Origin: Anthoceros angustus
Taxonomy: Eukaryota > Plantae > Anthocerotophyta
Reading direction: 5' to 3'
DNA length: 64,000 nt
Assembly (NCBI GenBank): GCA_010909165.1
Contig: VJWM01000119.1
Location: 186,001 to 250,000 of the forward strand
The notes beneath the pieces were generated by a model. That model saw only the letters and a list, made by a program, of their open reading frames with translations, was not told where the DNA came from and searched no databases. How positions within the stretch are numbered: the stretch's first letter is position 1; each line of letters begins with the position of its first letter. The translations under genes and the position numbers were made by a program. Of the stretch, positions 37,237 to 50,296 are shown in pieces.

Positions 37237-39404
37237 TCACCCGAGTAGTGGTCGCACATAAGAAGTGCGTACATCGTTTTCGATCTGATCGAAGAGACCC
37301 TCCCGATTGAAGAATTTTTCGTGCACAACATCCCAGGTGCCCAAATGGTCTTCAACTCTCCATAGCCTCTGCATGGCAGGATACTTCCACCTATACTCTT
37401 CCAACACCTGAGATATATCCAGGGGAATTTTAATCACCTCAAGCAACTGCACTCTTCCTAACGATCGTACCAGAACCTGATTCAGGTAGGCAGAAAGACA
37501 GCAAAAGGTGGCAGCCCGAACTGATAGTTGAAATACTCACCTCTGGCAGAATTGGGCGAAATCCGCATTCAGCGACGACTCTCTGAGCAGCTGGTGTGAA
37601 CAGATACTGAACAAAGGCCTCGCAGACTTCCCTATTGCCACTCTTATCCACATTCCTGTCCACAATAGACACCTGCACAAGGCAACGCCGACTGCTAAAC
37701 ACGCCAAACCATGTACAGAGGATACATATCATTAGAAAGCAACCAGAGCAGAGTACTTACCACATTCTCGATGATGACATTTGGCTCCGGTAGCACATAA
37801 GGGAGTCTAAGTTTTCCTTGCTGTGTCAAGCAGAGGTACAACCACAGATCAGTCTTAATCCATGTAATTACACTCCACAGGAAATTAGTGCTGGTGCTCA
37901 TTTGCATACTCACCCTGGCTGCAACTTCATTTGCTACTATCGCCTCGTTCTCGTAGGTTAATAGCACATCTGTCAAATGTTGATGAAAGAACACATCCGA
38001 CGCCTGTTATCAGCGCCAAGTAGAGATGTCAGCACACGTTGTGAGAATCCTGTTTATTCGATTTCTTGGCAAGTTGATTTGGTGCAAAGCCATACAAACC
38101 TCCCGCGCGTCCCGTGGTTGCACTGGTACGCGGGCAAACACTCGTTCCACGAAATTCTTAGCATCCCCTTCTGCTGCTGAGGGAAGAAGTAACCACGAAA
38201 ATCATGTTCAGTGCCAAGACCAATGAATGTTTCTCCTCTCTGATCCCCTCTTCCAAAATTAAGGTACACCTGTAAACAGACGCATGGTATATGCACTCCT
38301 GAACAAGATAAAGGAACGCAGCTTACATCCAGCAGTGGTTGTCACAGATCCCCATAGACCGACAAAGTTCCATCTTGCAACTCCAGCAGTCTTCGGGTTG
38401 GCAGTAAGGACCGTGATGTCATCTCTGGGTAAATCTTGCCATCCTACAACGTGCTTTGGGTTGCCTGGCAGTGTCATGATGCACACAACAGACTCCGCGT
38501 TGACAGCATTGTTCGGAACCTGTGAGCAGAAGGCCACCAACTCAGCAACACAGACGAGACCCTGCAACAGTTGTGCAAATGCCACCAGAAAAAGGGAACA
38601 ACAGTGACTCGAGTGGCAACAATTACCCGAGTTCGCCAATCCGGTGCTATGAGACCTGCTTCTTGAATCTTTATCACATCAAGAGGAAGGGCCAGTGCCA
38701 CAATATCAGCAGGAAGTCCATCTATCACAGCTCGAGCTTGAGAGCCACTTCCACCTACAAGATAACCACACATGGCACATCACTTCTCGTCCACAAACAA
38801 ACAAAGGAAAGATGAAACCATCCATCCAACTCAGTTGCCGAAATTTACCAAAACTTAGCCGGAATCGCACACTTTGGCCTGTCTCCTGCTGCCATTTTTG
38901 GATGAACTGCTTGGTCAGCTGCACAAACGCAAGGACTGGTTAAACCCACTGCACTCCAGGAAGTGACGACAGCAGCATCGAAGTCACGCATGCAAAACAG
39001 TCACAACCGTGGCCATCACCAAAATTCAAGCAACCAACCTTCTCATACAGAGCCTTGGTCACCGCGAACGACACGAGAGTTACTGCCACTGGCTTCTTGG
39101 GCCGATTCTGATTCCCAGCCGTCAGCGAGGCGGTCGGACCAGCTCCCCAGCCGCCCTTCCCACCGTCCCTCCTCCCCAACCACCGTTGCCAAAAGCCTCC
39201 TGAGCCATTCCCGCCGTCGTGCGCCAGGGCAGGCTGCGCAAAAACAGCCCCGACAGCAGCAGGCGAGGCGGCCACAACCTTCACAGCGAACCTCAAAAAC
39301 CTCGGAACAACAGCAGAGCCCACGCCATCGCGCTCACTCCCCGCCACAGCAGGATCACCCGCGTTCCTGATTCCCGCCGACAGCTGCAGACCGGCAGACG
39401 CCAT
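37237..39404 (-). CDS. SBP: Sulfate-binding protein (Sbp/CysP family) of the bacterial-type plastid sulfate ABC transporter, about 440 aa
   Basis: Motifs [97 protein letters not shown]. Nine exons: 39404-39039, 38918-38849, 38754-38627, 38519-38327, 38173(or 38176)-38100, 38003-37914, 37820-37761, 37672-37541, 37446-37237. Confidence 0.93.
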
Positions 39405-41403
39405 GGAGTCCCTCCTTCAAGCAGAAAAATCAGCCTGGTGCAGCCCAGCCACGTCCTTCCTCCTACACAAACCAGCCCCCAGTCGCAACACAAGATCAAC
39501 TCCCCATCCAGACAATCACACCCAATCCACCCAACAATTCAGACCCAGCACCACCACACACACAGACCTGAAACCCAAAATCTCCACTCGCAAAATTTCC
39601 CTCACCGAACTGCGCCCTCCAGCAGCCCCGATGATCCAGAATACAAAAGCCCAGCCGAGAGCGGGCTTTCAAGGCCGAACTGCCTGCAAGTTCCTGCAAC
39701 TTTCCTGGAAGCAGGCAGCGGCAATGCAGGTGTGAAGCGAGCTGACACGGGCAGTTACAAGGACGTTCGCAGCAAGAGCTGCTGCATGCAAGGCCAGCCC
39801 CAGAGCCAGCAGCGGGAGATCTATATCGCAGTCCAGCCCCTCTGACAAGGGACAGGCGCGACAGCTCTAAACCTCACCAAAACCTGTGGGAAGTACAGTC
39901 CGGCTCAGCGCCTTGGCCTCCCCCAGCCCAGCCCGGGACCCAGCAGTTCACATTCACGCACACAGGCCGGCGAAACCCGCAAGCACGACAGGTTTAGACA
40001 ATCCCAACAGGATTCCTCCCGGCTTCCGCGTCGGGTGCGGTGAACCTGGACAGCAGCCGGGTCTTGAATGGGCAAGCGAGGAGTCGGTCTCGGAGCCCAC
40101 GCTGGCGGCGAAACTGCGCAACGAAGCTGCAGCTGCGCCTGCCCCACTCATGTCCTGGACGTAGGTCCTACTGCCCAGCGAGAGGCGTCGCGGCTTCGGA
40201 TGTCTTGCAGTCTTGCTGCCCCCTGGACACACACCTCGAGGTTTCTGGCTCACCACACCTTGTGGCTCAAATGGCTGTCCGACGGGGCAGGCTAAAAAGT
40301 GAAAACCTTTCGTTCAGGCCCTCGACTTGCCGCGTCCTGGCGGCCATATCCCACTGCTTTCGCTTGCGGCGCCCCCTAACAACAACACGATAAAATGTTT
40401 GGTTCTATGTACCTGGTCCGCTTTGCGTGCGGGCCTTCTGAACTGGGCCTCGCGTCGTCTCCAGCATAGACGTTCCAGACGATAGATAATTCACGGAAAA
40501 GACTTCTTCTTCTTCTTCTGTACACACGATCGACAACACAGACCGTGGGAGGGCTCAGGGTCTGCTTGAAATTTGCTAACCTCACGGCCTCGGCGAAGTA
40601 TTCCTCGTTTACACGAGCCTGCCGACCCGTTGCTTGTAGGGGATCCGGGAAATAAATCCAGATTCATGTTTTTTTGTATAACTCCACGCTGTCGGTACCA
40701 CCACGGCGGTGTTACTGTAGCGGAGAAGCGGGGATCCCCCACCTATAATTACCCCGATTTTTGATATGGCACCAAAGTTGTGCCAGGCAAAACTATGTTT
40801 AGTCATGGTAAACTAAGAATATTCTTTATAATATATCGTTTTACATTTTTTCGTGAAATCATGGCTGAACCGAAAACTCGCCTTGGTTGCATCCTAATTG
40901 CGGCTTCATGACTGTCGGCTTTGGCATGATAATGGTAGGGACCAGCGCTTCCACCGGCCGTCTATGTATAGTTGATGCTTGAACAGGATGGCATACGATG
41001 GCCACCGTTTGTCTCCCTTGGATCACATTTAACCATGTCGGAATATATACCTCCCAATACAACCCAATAAAAACCATCAAGGTTGGTATTTGAAGTTTGT
41101 CAGGAACATGGACATGAATATATGTAAAGAAACATGGAGAAAGCCTTGTTTCAAGGCTCAACTTGATATTTCCTTGGGCAAAGAAATTAATACTTGTTGG
41201 ACTTGAGCGAGCAAATGCTACATCAAGTGAGTGGAATATCTCACTCCTTGGACATGGGTTCATTGAAACTCCACAATCAAGCATCCTAGAAATAGATCAG
41301 TACTTGGATGGGGTGCTACCCATTCCATAGCTATATATCATGCTCTCGGTCTCAGCAGTGTGCAGGCCCTCCATATTACAAACTCTAGTTGTTAGTGCCC
41401 TAC

Positions 41404-41700
41404 GGGGGTTACTCCAAGCTAAAACTCCAAGTGCGGGGTGGGGGTCATTCCAAGCTAAAACTCCAAGTGCGGGGTGGGGGTTACTCCAAGCTAAAACTCC
41501 AAGTGCGGGGTGGGACTTCGCTATATACTTTGAAATATCTAGATAAAGTCTTCGAATTCTCCAAAAAACTCCAAGTGCGGAGCGGGGGTTACTCCATGGC
41601 GGGGGTTACTCCATGGTGGGGGTTACTCCAAGCTAAAACTCCAAGTGCGGAGCGGAACTTCGCTATATACTTTGAAATGTCTAAATAAAGTCTCCGAAAT
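41404..41700. repeat. 33-bp tandem repeat inside a larger duplication
   Basis: ggggttactccaagctaaaactccaagtgcgg repeated; acttcgctatatactttgaaat..ta.ataaagtct occurs twice. Confidence 0.88.
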
Positions 41701-41719
41701 CTCCAAATACAAAATCGAT

Positions 41720-44700
41720 GGAATAACCTCAGCAACTCAAGCTTGGTCACAAATCTATATAATGTCTTAAAATTCACCAAAAAAAAGGTCGATGCAACAA
41801 CCTCAACATCTCAAACTTGGTCACAACTTGCAACCTGTACGTTGACGGAAGATCTCGGCACAATGGTAATGGCGATGAGAAACCTGCTCTCACTAAAGAT
41901 GGAGGACACATATGGTTCAGCACCACATATCGCCTTCAAACGCCAATGCCAAACTAGTTAGCTCGCTGGAAGATAGATGAGGTCAAGGCAACAATTGTGT
42001 TCCTATATCAGACATCCCGCTCCCAAGCTTGGTCACAAATCTATATAATGTCTTAAAATTCACCAAAAAAGGTCGATGCAATAACCTCAACATCTCAAAC
42101 TTGGTCACAACTTGCAACCTGACGCTGACCAAGATCTTGGCACAATGGTAATGGCGATGAGAAACTGCTCACTAAAGATGAAGGACACATATGGTTCAAG
42201 CACATATCCGCCTTCAAACGGCCAATGCCAAACTAGTTAGCTCGGTGGAAGATAGATGAGGTCAAGGCAACAATTGTGTTCCTATATCGTACATCCCGCC
42301 TCCCAAGCTTGGTCACAAATCTATATAATGTCTTAAAATTCACCAAAAAGGTCGATGCAACAACCTCAAGATCTCAAACTTGGTCACAACTTGCAACTTT
42401 GTCGTTGACTAAGATCTCACAATGGTAATGGCGATGAGAAACTGCTCTCACTAAAGATGGAGGACACATATGGTTCGGACCACATATCTTCAAAGCGGCC
42501 AATGCCAAACTAGTTAGCTCGCTGGAAGATAGATGAGGTCAAGGCAACAATTGTGTTCCTATACTGTACATCCTGCTCCCAAGCTTGGTCACAAATCTAT
42601 ATAATGTCTTAAAATTCACCAAAAAAAAGGTCGATGCAATAACCTCAACATCTCAAACTTGGTCACAACTTGCAACCTGTACGTTGACGGAAGATCTTGG
42701 CACAATGGTAATGGCGATGAGAAACCTGCTCTCACTAAAGATGAAGGACACATATGGTTCAGCACCACATATCTGCCTTCAAAACGGCCAATGCCAAACT
42801 AGTTAGCTCTGGCTGGAAGATAGATGAGGTCAAGGCAACAATTGTGTTCCTATACTGTACATCCTGCTCCCAAGCTTGGTCACAAATCTATATAATGTCT
42901 TAAAATTCACCAAAAAAAAGGTCGATGCAACAACCTCAGCATCTCAAACTTGGTCACAACTTGCAACCTGTACGTTGACAGAAGATCTCGGCACAATGGT
43001 AATGGCGGTGAGAAACCTGCTCTCACTAAAGATGGAGGACACATATATGGTTCAGCACCACATATCTACCTTCAAAATGGCCTATGCCAAACTAGTTAGC
43101 TCTGGCTGGAAGATAGATGAGGTCAAGGCAACAATTGTGTTCCCTGTACATCCTGCTCCCAAGTCACCACGATTTCATCACCTCGCAAACTCCTAGAATT
43201 CGAGATGCACAAAAAGCCTATAAGAAAGGTGGTGCAGCCAAGGCGGATGCTGAGGGCGTTCTTATAGAAGTCCTATTAGCCCTCATATAGGATAAATCTT
43301 AGACGACAAGCTTCCTCAGGCTCTAGATCTGGTCACATTATGTATGTTGGATCAGGTCGTGGCTGTGGCCAATTCTATAGGCCACAATATAGATCAAATG
43401 GATTTGATCGTTTAGAAAGTAGTTCTCCAAGGGAGACAAGAATTGGTCTTAAACAAAGAAAGAAATGAAGTTGTAATTGGTGTGGAATCGAGGGACACTA
43501 AGAGAATCAGTGCAGGAAAAAGATTGCAGAAATACCTCAAAGAACATCACTCACAGCTAATATTGTCTCAATAACAAACACACCATAATCTCCAATGTCA
43601 TCATCACCAAGAATGATGCCGGTCTCTGTACTAGAAATCCAATAGATCGTACAAGATGGTACCTTGATTCATGTGCGTCACTGCACATCTGCCATACCTG
43701 CTCTCGCTTCACGACATATTTCTCAGCTCCTACGAACACCTTCGTGCTGTAGGGAGACGATTCGAGATTTCGAGTTGAAGGAAAAGAAGAAGTATCCTTT
43801 ACCCTTACTAATTAAACTCAACTGCTCATAGTAAATGTCCTTCCTGTCCTTGCGATGGTAAATAACCTAATTCTAGTTTTCTGGGTGATGAAAATGCTCC
43901 AATTCACTCTTACATTCAACGATTCTTGCTGTATGTTGACCAAGATTGGCCAACAATAGGCCTCATGTGCAAGCTGCCCTGGACAAAACATATGTAAATT
44001 AAATGCTATATCTTCTAATAATCCGCAGTAAGATACTACTATAGCTGTGGCCGAGAATCAATCTAGCAAAGTGAAGGAAGCATTGAAATGACACATTTGC
44101 CTTGGCCACATGAGTAATGATTGACTATGATAGGACTGGCTCCCAACAGTGACCTTTACCTTGATGGGATTAAAACGTTACTTGAAAGCACTCTTCTGTA
44201 AGACATGTGTCTTGGCAAACAAGCGCCAACATGTGTTCCCTAGTCACCAGCCCGATGAAAATAATTCGTTGCTCATACTAGTTCACTCGAACCTATGGGT
44301 CCTATGACCACACCCTTTTAGGGAGAGGCGAGATATTTTCTAACATTTACATATGACTTTACCAAACTGTGTTTTACCCACTCATTGATGCTCAAAAATC
44401 ATACTTTTCTTCCTTTTAAACTTGGCTGTTACTAGTGGAGACACTAACACACTGTAATCTCAACTGCCTTGGCTCTGATAGTTGAATAGTTTGACACCCT
44501 CTATCAAGAGAAAGGAATTTTACATCTATAATCAGTAGCCTATACTGCCTAGCAGAATAGCGTAGCAGAAAGACTAAATCAAACATTACAAAGAATGGCC
44601 CAAGCTATGATGAGACATGTAGGCTTGGACAAGGGTTATTGGGCTGACGTTATAGCTTCAGCCATCTACCTAAGGAATAGGCTTCCCTGTCGCTTCATCC

Positions 44701-44730
44701 AAGGTCGAACCCCATTTTGGCTATGGACAT
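41720..44730 (+). mobile_element. Degenerate Ty1/Copia retrotransposon (gag, pre-integrase and integrase fragments)
   Basis: HICLGHMS (about 44092, GAG-pre-integrase), LVHSNLW (about 44278, LVHSDxW-like) and QNSVAERLNQTLQRMAQAMM..GLDKGYWADVIASAIYLRNRLP (44553-44690, rve core). Many stops; no RT or LTRs recognised. Confidence 0.85.
41738..43163 (+). repeat. Five tandem copies of a 276-291-bp unit derived from Copia gag
   Basis: Units start with caagcttggtcacaaatctatataatgtc at 41738, 42024, 42304, 42580 and 42871. They encode LLSLKMEDT..HI..FK....KLVSSGWKIDE (UBN2/gag-like). Confidence 0.85.
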
Positions 44731-46224
44731 GCTCTGACATCGTAGTAAGATATGAGCAAAGAAATTGATACTCGCTGGACTTGAAATGAAGCTCTTCTCC
44801 ATGGGCACAAAGACCAAAGCTCTTCTTCAAGTTCGCCACTGACACGCGACCTACAGCTGTAGGTTGATCTTCCACAACACAATTCCTAAGATTTCTTACC
44901 TTCCTGATCTTTGTCCATAGTTAGTATTTCTCCTATGACCCTCCAAGGTCACACACACTCCCACACAAGCGTCACAACTTATCACACTCCAATCCACAAG
45001 TTATCCCCCAAAATTTGTAGTCCACTTCCACAAATTGCCACCACCTTCACGGCCCTTAGCTTAAGCTTGAGCACTCACTCCTAGCAAATTGCAGCCTCCA
45101 CCACAATTCTGAGTCTCCTTGCACTAGCCTAAGCCTTAGCTCCTTAAAACTGTTATGCCATCTAGCACATGAGAGCGCTCCTATAGTCCAAGCAAATCCT
45201 TTCAAGCCTCCAAAAATTCCCACACCTTATGGAACCTCGAGTTCAGCCGACTTTCTACTCTCTTGCACAAGTTGGGGCGCCCACAAGGACACACCCCCCT
45301 CCTGCTTCCTTAAGCCTTGACCTCGGAGCCTTGAGTCAGCTCTTTGGGCTCATAGCCCCAAGTGTGAGTAGCTCTCCCCCACTTCTACCTCGCACTCCTC
45401 ACCATTGCGCCAGCCTCCGTGCCCTCTTCTTGGCGCCGCTATCCTCAGCTCTTCGCGGCCGTCCTTAGACCGCGCCGCGCCGCGTCCTGGCACTGCCGTT
45501 CTCTTGCGTCACCGCCTCTCACCCTGAGCTCCTTCTCCTCCTTGTAGCATTACCAACGCCCCCTCTGGAAGTGGGATAGGAGCCGCCTTCTTCCCATCCT
45601 TGGCTTTCTTCATAATGACGATGTCGTCCCTCTTTTCCGTAGGTCTCCCATAGACATGTCTTACACTTTGAATTATCCAGCATCTGGGGTCCATTCTTGC
45701 GTTCCGTTCTAATAACGCTGCCAATTGCCTTGGGGTCTTGTGCTAGCATAGGAGTCACTCCTCCACCAGCTCGAGGTTTGTGTCGGCCCAATGGCGGCCA
45801 TACACTCACTAGAGCTGTAAGTTGTCCTCTCCTGGCCACCGGCGAAATCCACAAAGTCCTGTGAGCACGCCAAGCCCACAAAGCATTAAAACATAGGCAT
45901 GACGATCTCAGGTGGCTTCTCCAGTGTGGGCTCCCTCCTTCTTCTCTTCCCCTTCTTGAGAGTAGGCGTCTTCTCATATGACTCCTTCCAATTTAGCTTG
46001 CAATTTATCTATTTTTAATCACAAATATTTTCAGTATAAACTACATCAATCTTGAACTCATCAACTATACTTGAAAATCATTAATTTAGTTTTGTTGCTG
46101 CACAACAATTTAAGAAAACAAACGTGATCATTTTTAATATTTTTCACATGGAATTGTGTTAAGATTGTGTATTGTAGTGCATCAAATTGCCTCGCGACAC
46201 CGGCTATCCTGTTGAAACCCAAGG

Positions 46225-46595
46225 ACGCATGCCTTCACCCGGAGTGCGCTTTCACCTAAACCCTAATCCCACAAAAGGCAAACCTTTATTTGACACCCTG
46301 CGCTTATATGCTTCCACCCGGTTTGTACGCTTTCACCGCATGTCTAGTGACATACGAATTTGTTACTTAATTCCTCATACATAACCTTTCATTCATTTGT
46401 ACAATGATTGCGTTTATCCACATCACCTAAACCCTAATCCAAAAAAGGGAGATCTTCATTTCAAACCTGGTGGTCGCATGCCTCCACCCGGTATGCACGC
46501 TTTCACTAGATAACTAGTGACATACGAGTTTGTTACTTAGTTCCTCATACATTATCTTTCATTCATTTATAATGTGATTGCGTTTTTTTCACATC
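46225..46595. repeat. Diverged direct repeat of about 180 bp
   Basis: cacctaaaccctaatcc...ctagtgacatacga.tttgttactta.ttcctcatacat occurs twice. Confidence 0.8.
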
Positions 46596-48193
46596 CCATG
46601 TGGTCTATGATGCATATACCATGAGTACTATGCATACATGAATTGTAAGGTTTTTATGACATGTGATTGCTTTATGTCGTGGAAAAAAAAGATTAAAAGT
46701 AAAAAAAATCATAAAATACATAGTTTCTTGTATATTGTCTTGTAGTTTGTTGTAGTTTCTTGTCTTCTTTTATTTTCCTATGTAGATTTGCTTATAAATT
46801 TTAAAAAATGCTTACACAAGGTTTTGTGAAAGTAGACCCCTGTTCCCATAGGATCAAAATTTGAGATGAGGAGCTGTCTCTACCTCTTTGAAGTCCTTGT
46901 TAATTGCCTATCCTTTTGCTCCTTCGGTAATTTTCTGTTCTTGTGCTCCTCGGGTAATTGTTTGTTCCTATGCTCCTCAGGTAACTGCCTAGTCATGTGC
47001 TTCTTGGGTATCTGCCTCTTGTGCACCTCCTGCCCCTTGTGCATCTCCCCCTGTTCGGTGTGCCGTCCTCCTACTGGCTACGACTTGGTTCAAGCGGGCT
47101 TTCCGCTTTGGTTCATGTGCAAGCCAAACAGCATCAAGTACTTTTTTTGGTTCTCCACCCACGTCTCCGTTGTATTTAGATCCTTCACTTCTTGAGGTAA
47201 TTTCAACCACATACGTTGGGCTCTCCTCATACGTCATGCCTCAGCATGATGTCGATTCAAGTGAAGACGAGCCTCTAAGTTACTAGCAATATTTCGCTCA
47301 TAATAGTTTGCACTTCCACTTGCATCCACTGGTGACTGTCGGGGACGACCTTGAGGACGAGGCGGCAATGTAAGGGACGAGGAGGCAATGCAAGAAGCTC
47401 GTGAACTTCAAAATGCTTATTGAAACAAGCGTAATTTAAACTACTAAAAACTCCCAAGCGATGCAAACAATCGTAAAATTTTAGTGTCATTCTTAAGTAC
47501 TTCTAGCTCATCTGCCTCCTCCAGACAAACATAGTCTTTATCTACCTCTGCATAGGGCGGTTTCTCTTGTGCTTGAGTAGTGGGTGTCTCCTCCCGACAA
47601 ACATAGTCTTTGTCTACCTCTGCCTATTGCGATTGCTGTTGTGCTTCAGTAGGTGGGTGCTTCAGTAGTGCTAGGGGTCAGGCTAGATGACACCTCAGCG
47701 TGAGATCCTCTTGCATGAAACTTGAGATTTTGGAGGTGCCTCAAGCGGTGGTTGAAGCAGCGAAACCTCAACTTCCACTTCCTCAGCTTCATGAACTACA
47801 ACCATATCACCTTGTACAACTTGGTCAACCTTGGGTACAGACTCATTGGCAAGTCATCTCCAACGAAACAAACAAAGCGTCCAAGGAAACCAACGAAACA
47901 AATAGAAATTGAAACCTTGTTTACAAAATATGAGTGCGGGCGTTGCTTCCTACAAACCCTCCATGTAGAGATGCAAGGTATTTATTTATGATAGAATTGA
48001 ATTATTACTTAATTAAGATTATGAGTTAAACAATGAGTGTGCTCACATACAACAAACAATTGTATGGTTGTATGAGAAATTGTTCTACATGACATGTACA
48101 TATGCGTATGCATAAGTCTGACATCCGAGCTGCCCGCTTTTATGGGGCCATATCCGTTTTTCGCCCATTCCTTTGCATCGCTGCTACTCTCAC

Positions 48194-48527
48194 CGGGAAC
48201 GGCATGAAAATCCCATAACGTTTTATAACGGGTGACCCATGGTTGAGGCCACGGGAACGGCATGAAAATCCCATAACTTTTTATAACGGGTGACTGAAGT
48301 TGAGGCCACCGGGAACGGCTTGGAAATCCCATAACTTTTAATACGGGTCTGTTAGAAATGGATGGTTTCATGGTTTTATGGTTTCCCAAGTTCTGGTTTC
48401 ATGGTTTCCCAAGTTCTGGTTTTATGGTTTCCCAAGTTCTGGTTTCATGGTTTCCCAACTTCTGGTTTTATGGTTTCCCAAGTTCTGGTTTCATGGTTTC
48501 CCAAGTTCTGGTTTCATGGTTTCATGG
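48194..48527. repeat. Degenerate repeat of about 58 bp (three copies) followed by a 22-bp minisatellite (about 7 copies)
   Basis: cgggaacggcatgaaaatcccataac..ttataacgggtgac, then tggtttcccaagttctggttt(c/t)a. Confidence 0.9.
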
Positions 48528-49237
48528 GAACCCAGCCGTAAGAAGCCCTCCCTACGCATTATTTGCTGAACACACAAACGTCGCGAGCCACTCGGTTAGT
48601 AGTAACAAGTCTTTGATTATGGCTCGACATCGCATTCGAACAGGTGAACGCCTCCCAAAACGACATGGTACGATTTCCTTCCAGGGGAGTGAAAAATGTA
48701 CCGCCGTTGACCAGAAACAGTCAGTAGTTGTCCATCAGAGCAAGCAAACAGGACACGGCAATGTCTCAATTTGAAAGTTGAAGCCAGCTCCTGCTAACGC
48801 AAATTGCATGGTCAAGGCCATAGAGATGACCGGCATTGAAAGCTAGAGTAACTGGCAGGCGTATACAAACATTGCCGGCAGCGGCGGTTTCCCAGTTTGC
48901 TACAATTTGCACGAGACCAAAAAATGTGTCAAAGAGCCACGCATGGCCTAAAGATATCTGATGCGGTGGAATCTGAACACATTTCATTCTGGGAAACCAG
49001 GGCGTCAGTGGTTAGTCTCAAACATGATCCCATAATGCGAGGGACAAGGGATACAACAATACTTCTACAGATTTCTCCAATAAGAAACTTGAATCAGAAC
49101 TGGAAACAAATGAATGTTCATGGAACTTGGGACAGGTTGAGGTTCCTCTCCTCACGACCGAGCCACAAAGCCGCCTCAACCAGATACTGAACTATGATGT
49201 TCCACACCGTGTCTTAGCTGCAAAAATGGTAGAAGAG

Positions 49238-50296
49238 CTAAGGCTTGAGAGTTCGCTTAATGTCCTCTCGTTGCGAGTCTGTCAAGGAATTCGGGAAGTC
49301 CACTTCAAAAGTCACGAAGAGGTCCCCTTTCTTGAGACTGTCATAGATAGGCATGCCCTCCGATCTGAAGCGCCTTACCTCCTTCGGCTTTGTGACACCT
49401 CTAGTACCTATGCTAACCAAGTGTCCATCCAGATGTTTAATCTGCTTCTCAAAACCAACCAGCGCATCCAGAAGAGAAATGGTGACACTTGTTTGCAGGT
49501 TGTTACCATCCCTCTGGAACGTTTTGTGAGGCTGGATTCGAATGAAGAATTTGAGGTCCCCAGGTTCTCCATCCATGATAGGTTCACCATCTTCGTAGAA
49601 AGTGACCTCCTGCCCCTCCCTCATTCCCTTCTCTATATCTACTGTCACAAACCCTCCTTGCCTCTCGAACTTCACATTAGGGCACTCATCGCACACAGCC
49701 TGAGTGTACTGCTGAAACATTCCCGGGCCAATCTGCCTGTGAAACACCTGATTCTTGCAGTTACATTGCCGCTTTCCAGGTGCAGGCTTTAACACATTCT
49801 TCTCCCTCCAGATCTTGTGCGAATTCCCGACGTAAAGATCCTCCAGGGTAGCGTACAGCTCAACCATAACATCATCCCCCTTAGGCGTCTTCTCCTCCTC
49901 CTCCTCTCCATCGCCAAATCCAAACCTCATGCCCGAGCCCCCGAAGAACTGCGAAAACATATCGTTGGCAAAATTGCCTCCTCCACCTCTGCCCCCTTGC
50001 TGCTGATGTTGCTTCAGGCCCTCCTCTCCATACTGGTCATAGATCTGCCGCTTTTCCTTATCTGACAAAACTTCATACACGTTGTTTATCTCGGCGAACT
50101 TCTTAGTGGCTTCCTCTCCCGGATTCTTGTCAGGATGATACTTCAGAGCAAGCTTTCGGTACGCCCTCTTTATCTGATCCTCCGACGCCCCTTTCGGCAC
50201 TTGAAGAATATCATAATAGCTCTTCTTTGCCAGCGCCTCGAGGTGATAACTACAGAGCAGCAAAGCTAACAGCAGGATCGCTCGTAGACGCTCCAT
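49238..50296 (-). CDS. ERdj3B: ER-luminal DnaJ co-chaperone ERdj3B (352 aa), coding region intronless
   Basis: Signal peptide, J domain (SYYDILQV...YHPDKN), G/F region, [10 protein letters not shown]...QIGPGMFQQ...CDECPNVK and DnaJ C-terminal domain, all in one uninterrupted ORF. Confidence 0.95.
   Translation of the reverse strand: MERLRAILLLALLLCSYHLEALAKKSYYDILQVPKGASEDQIKRAYRKLALKYHPDKNPGEEATKKFAEINNVYEVLSDKEKRQIYDQYGEEGLKQHQQQGGRGGGGNFANDMFSQFFGGSGMRFGFGDGEEEEEKTPKGDDVMVELYATLEDLYVGNSHKIWREKNVLKPAPGKRQCNCKNQVFHRQIGPGMFQQYTQAVCDECPNVKFERQGGFVTVDIEKGMREGQEVTFYEDGEPIMDGEPGDLKFFIRIQPHKTFQRDGNNLQTSVTISLLDALVGFEKQIKHLDGHLVSIGTRGVTKPKEVRRFRSEGMPIYDSLKKGDLFVTFEVDFPNSLTDSQREDIKRTLKP

Noticed and set aside
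37237-39404. Sbp gene as bacterial contamination
   Set aside because: It has eight canonical spliceosomal introns, an N-terminal targeting extension and plant neighbours.
41404-41700. CRISPR-like appearance of this and other short arrays (12.2 kb, 24.7 kb, 26.1 kb, 48.4 kb)
   Set aside because: Units are head-to-tail with no unique spacers, there are no cas genes, and the context is eukaryotic.
44880-47900. Short ORFs and 21-bp degenerate repeats
   Set aside because: Probably decayed TE sequence, but no diagnostic motif, so no family was assigned.
49127-49792. 221-aa plus-strand ORF
   Set aside because: Antisense to the ERdj3B coding sequence, with no recognisable motifs.
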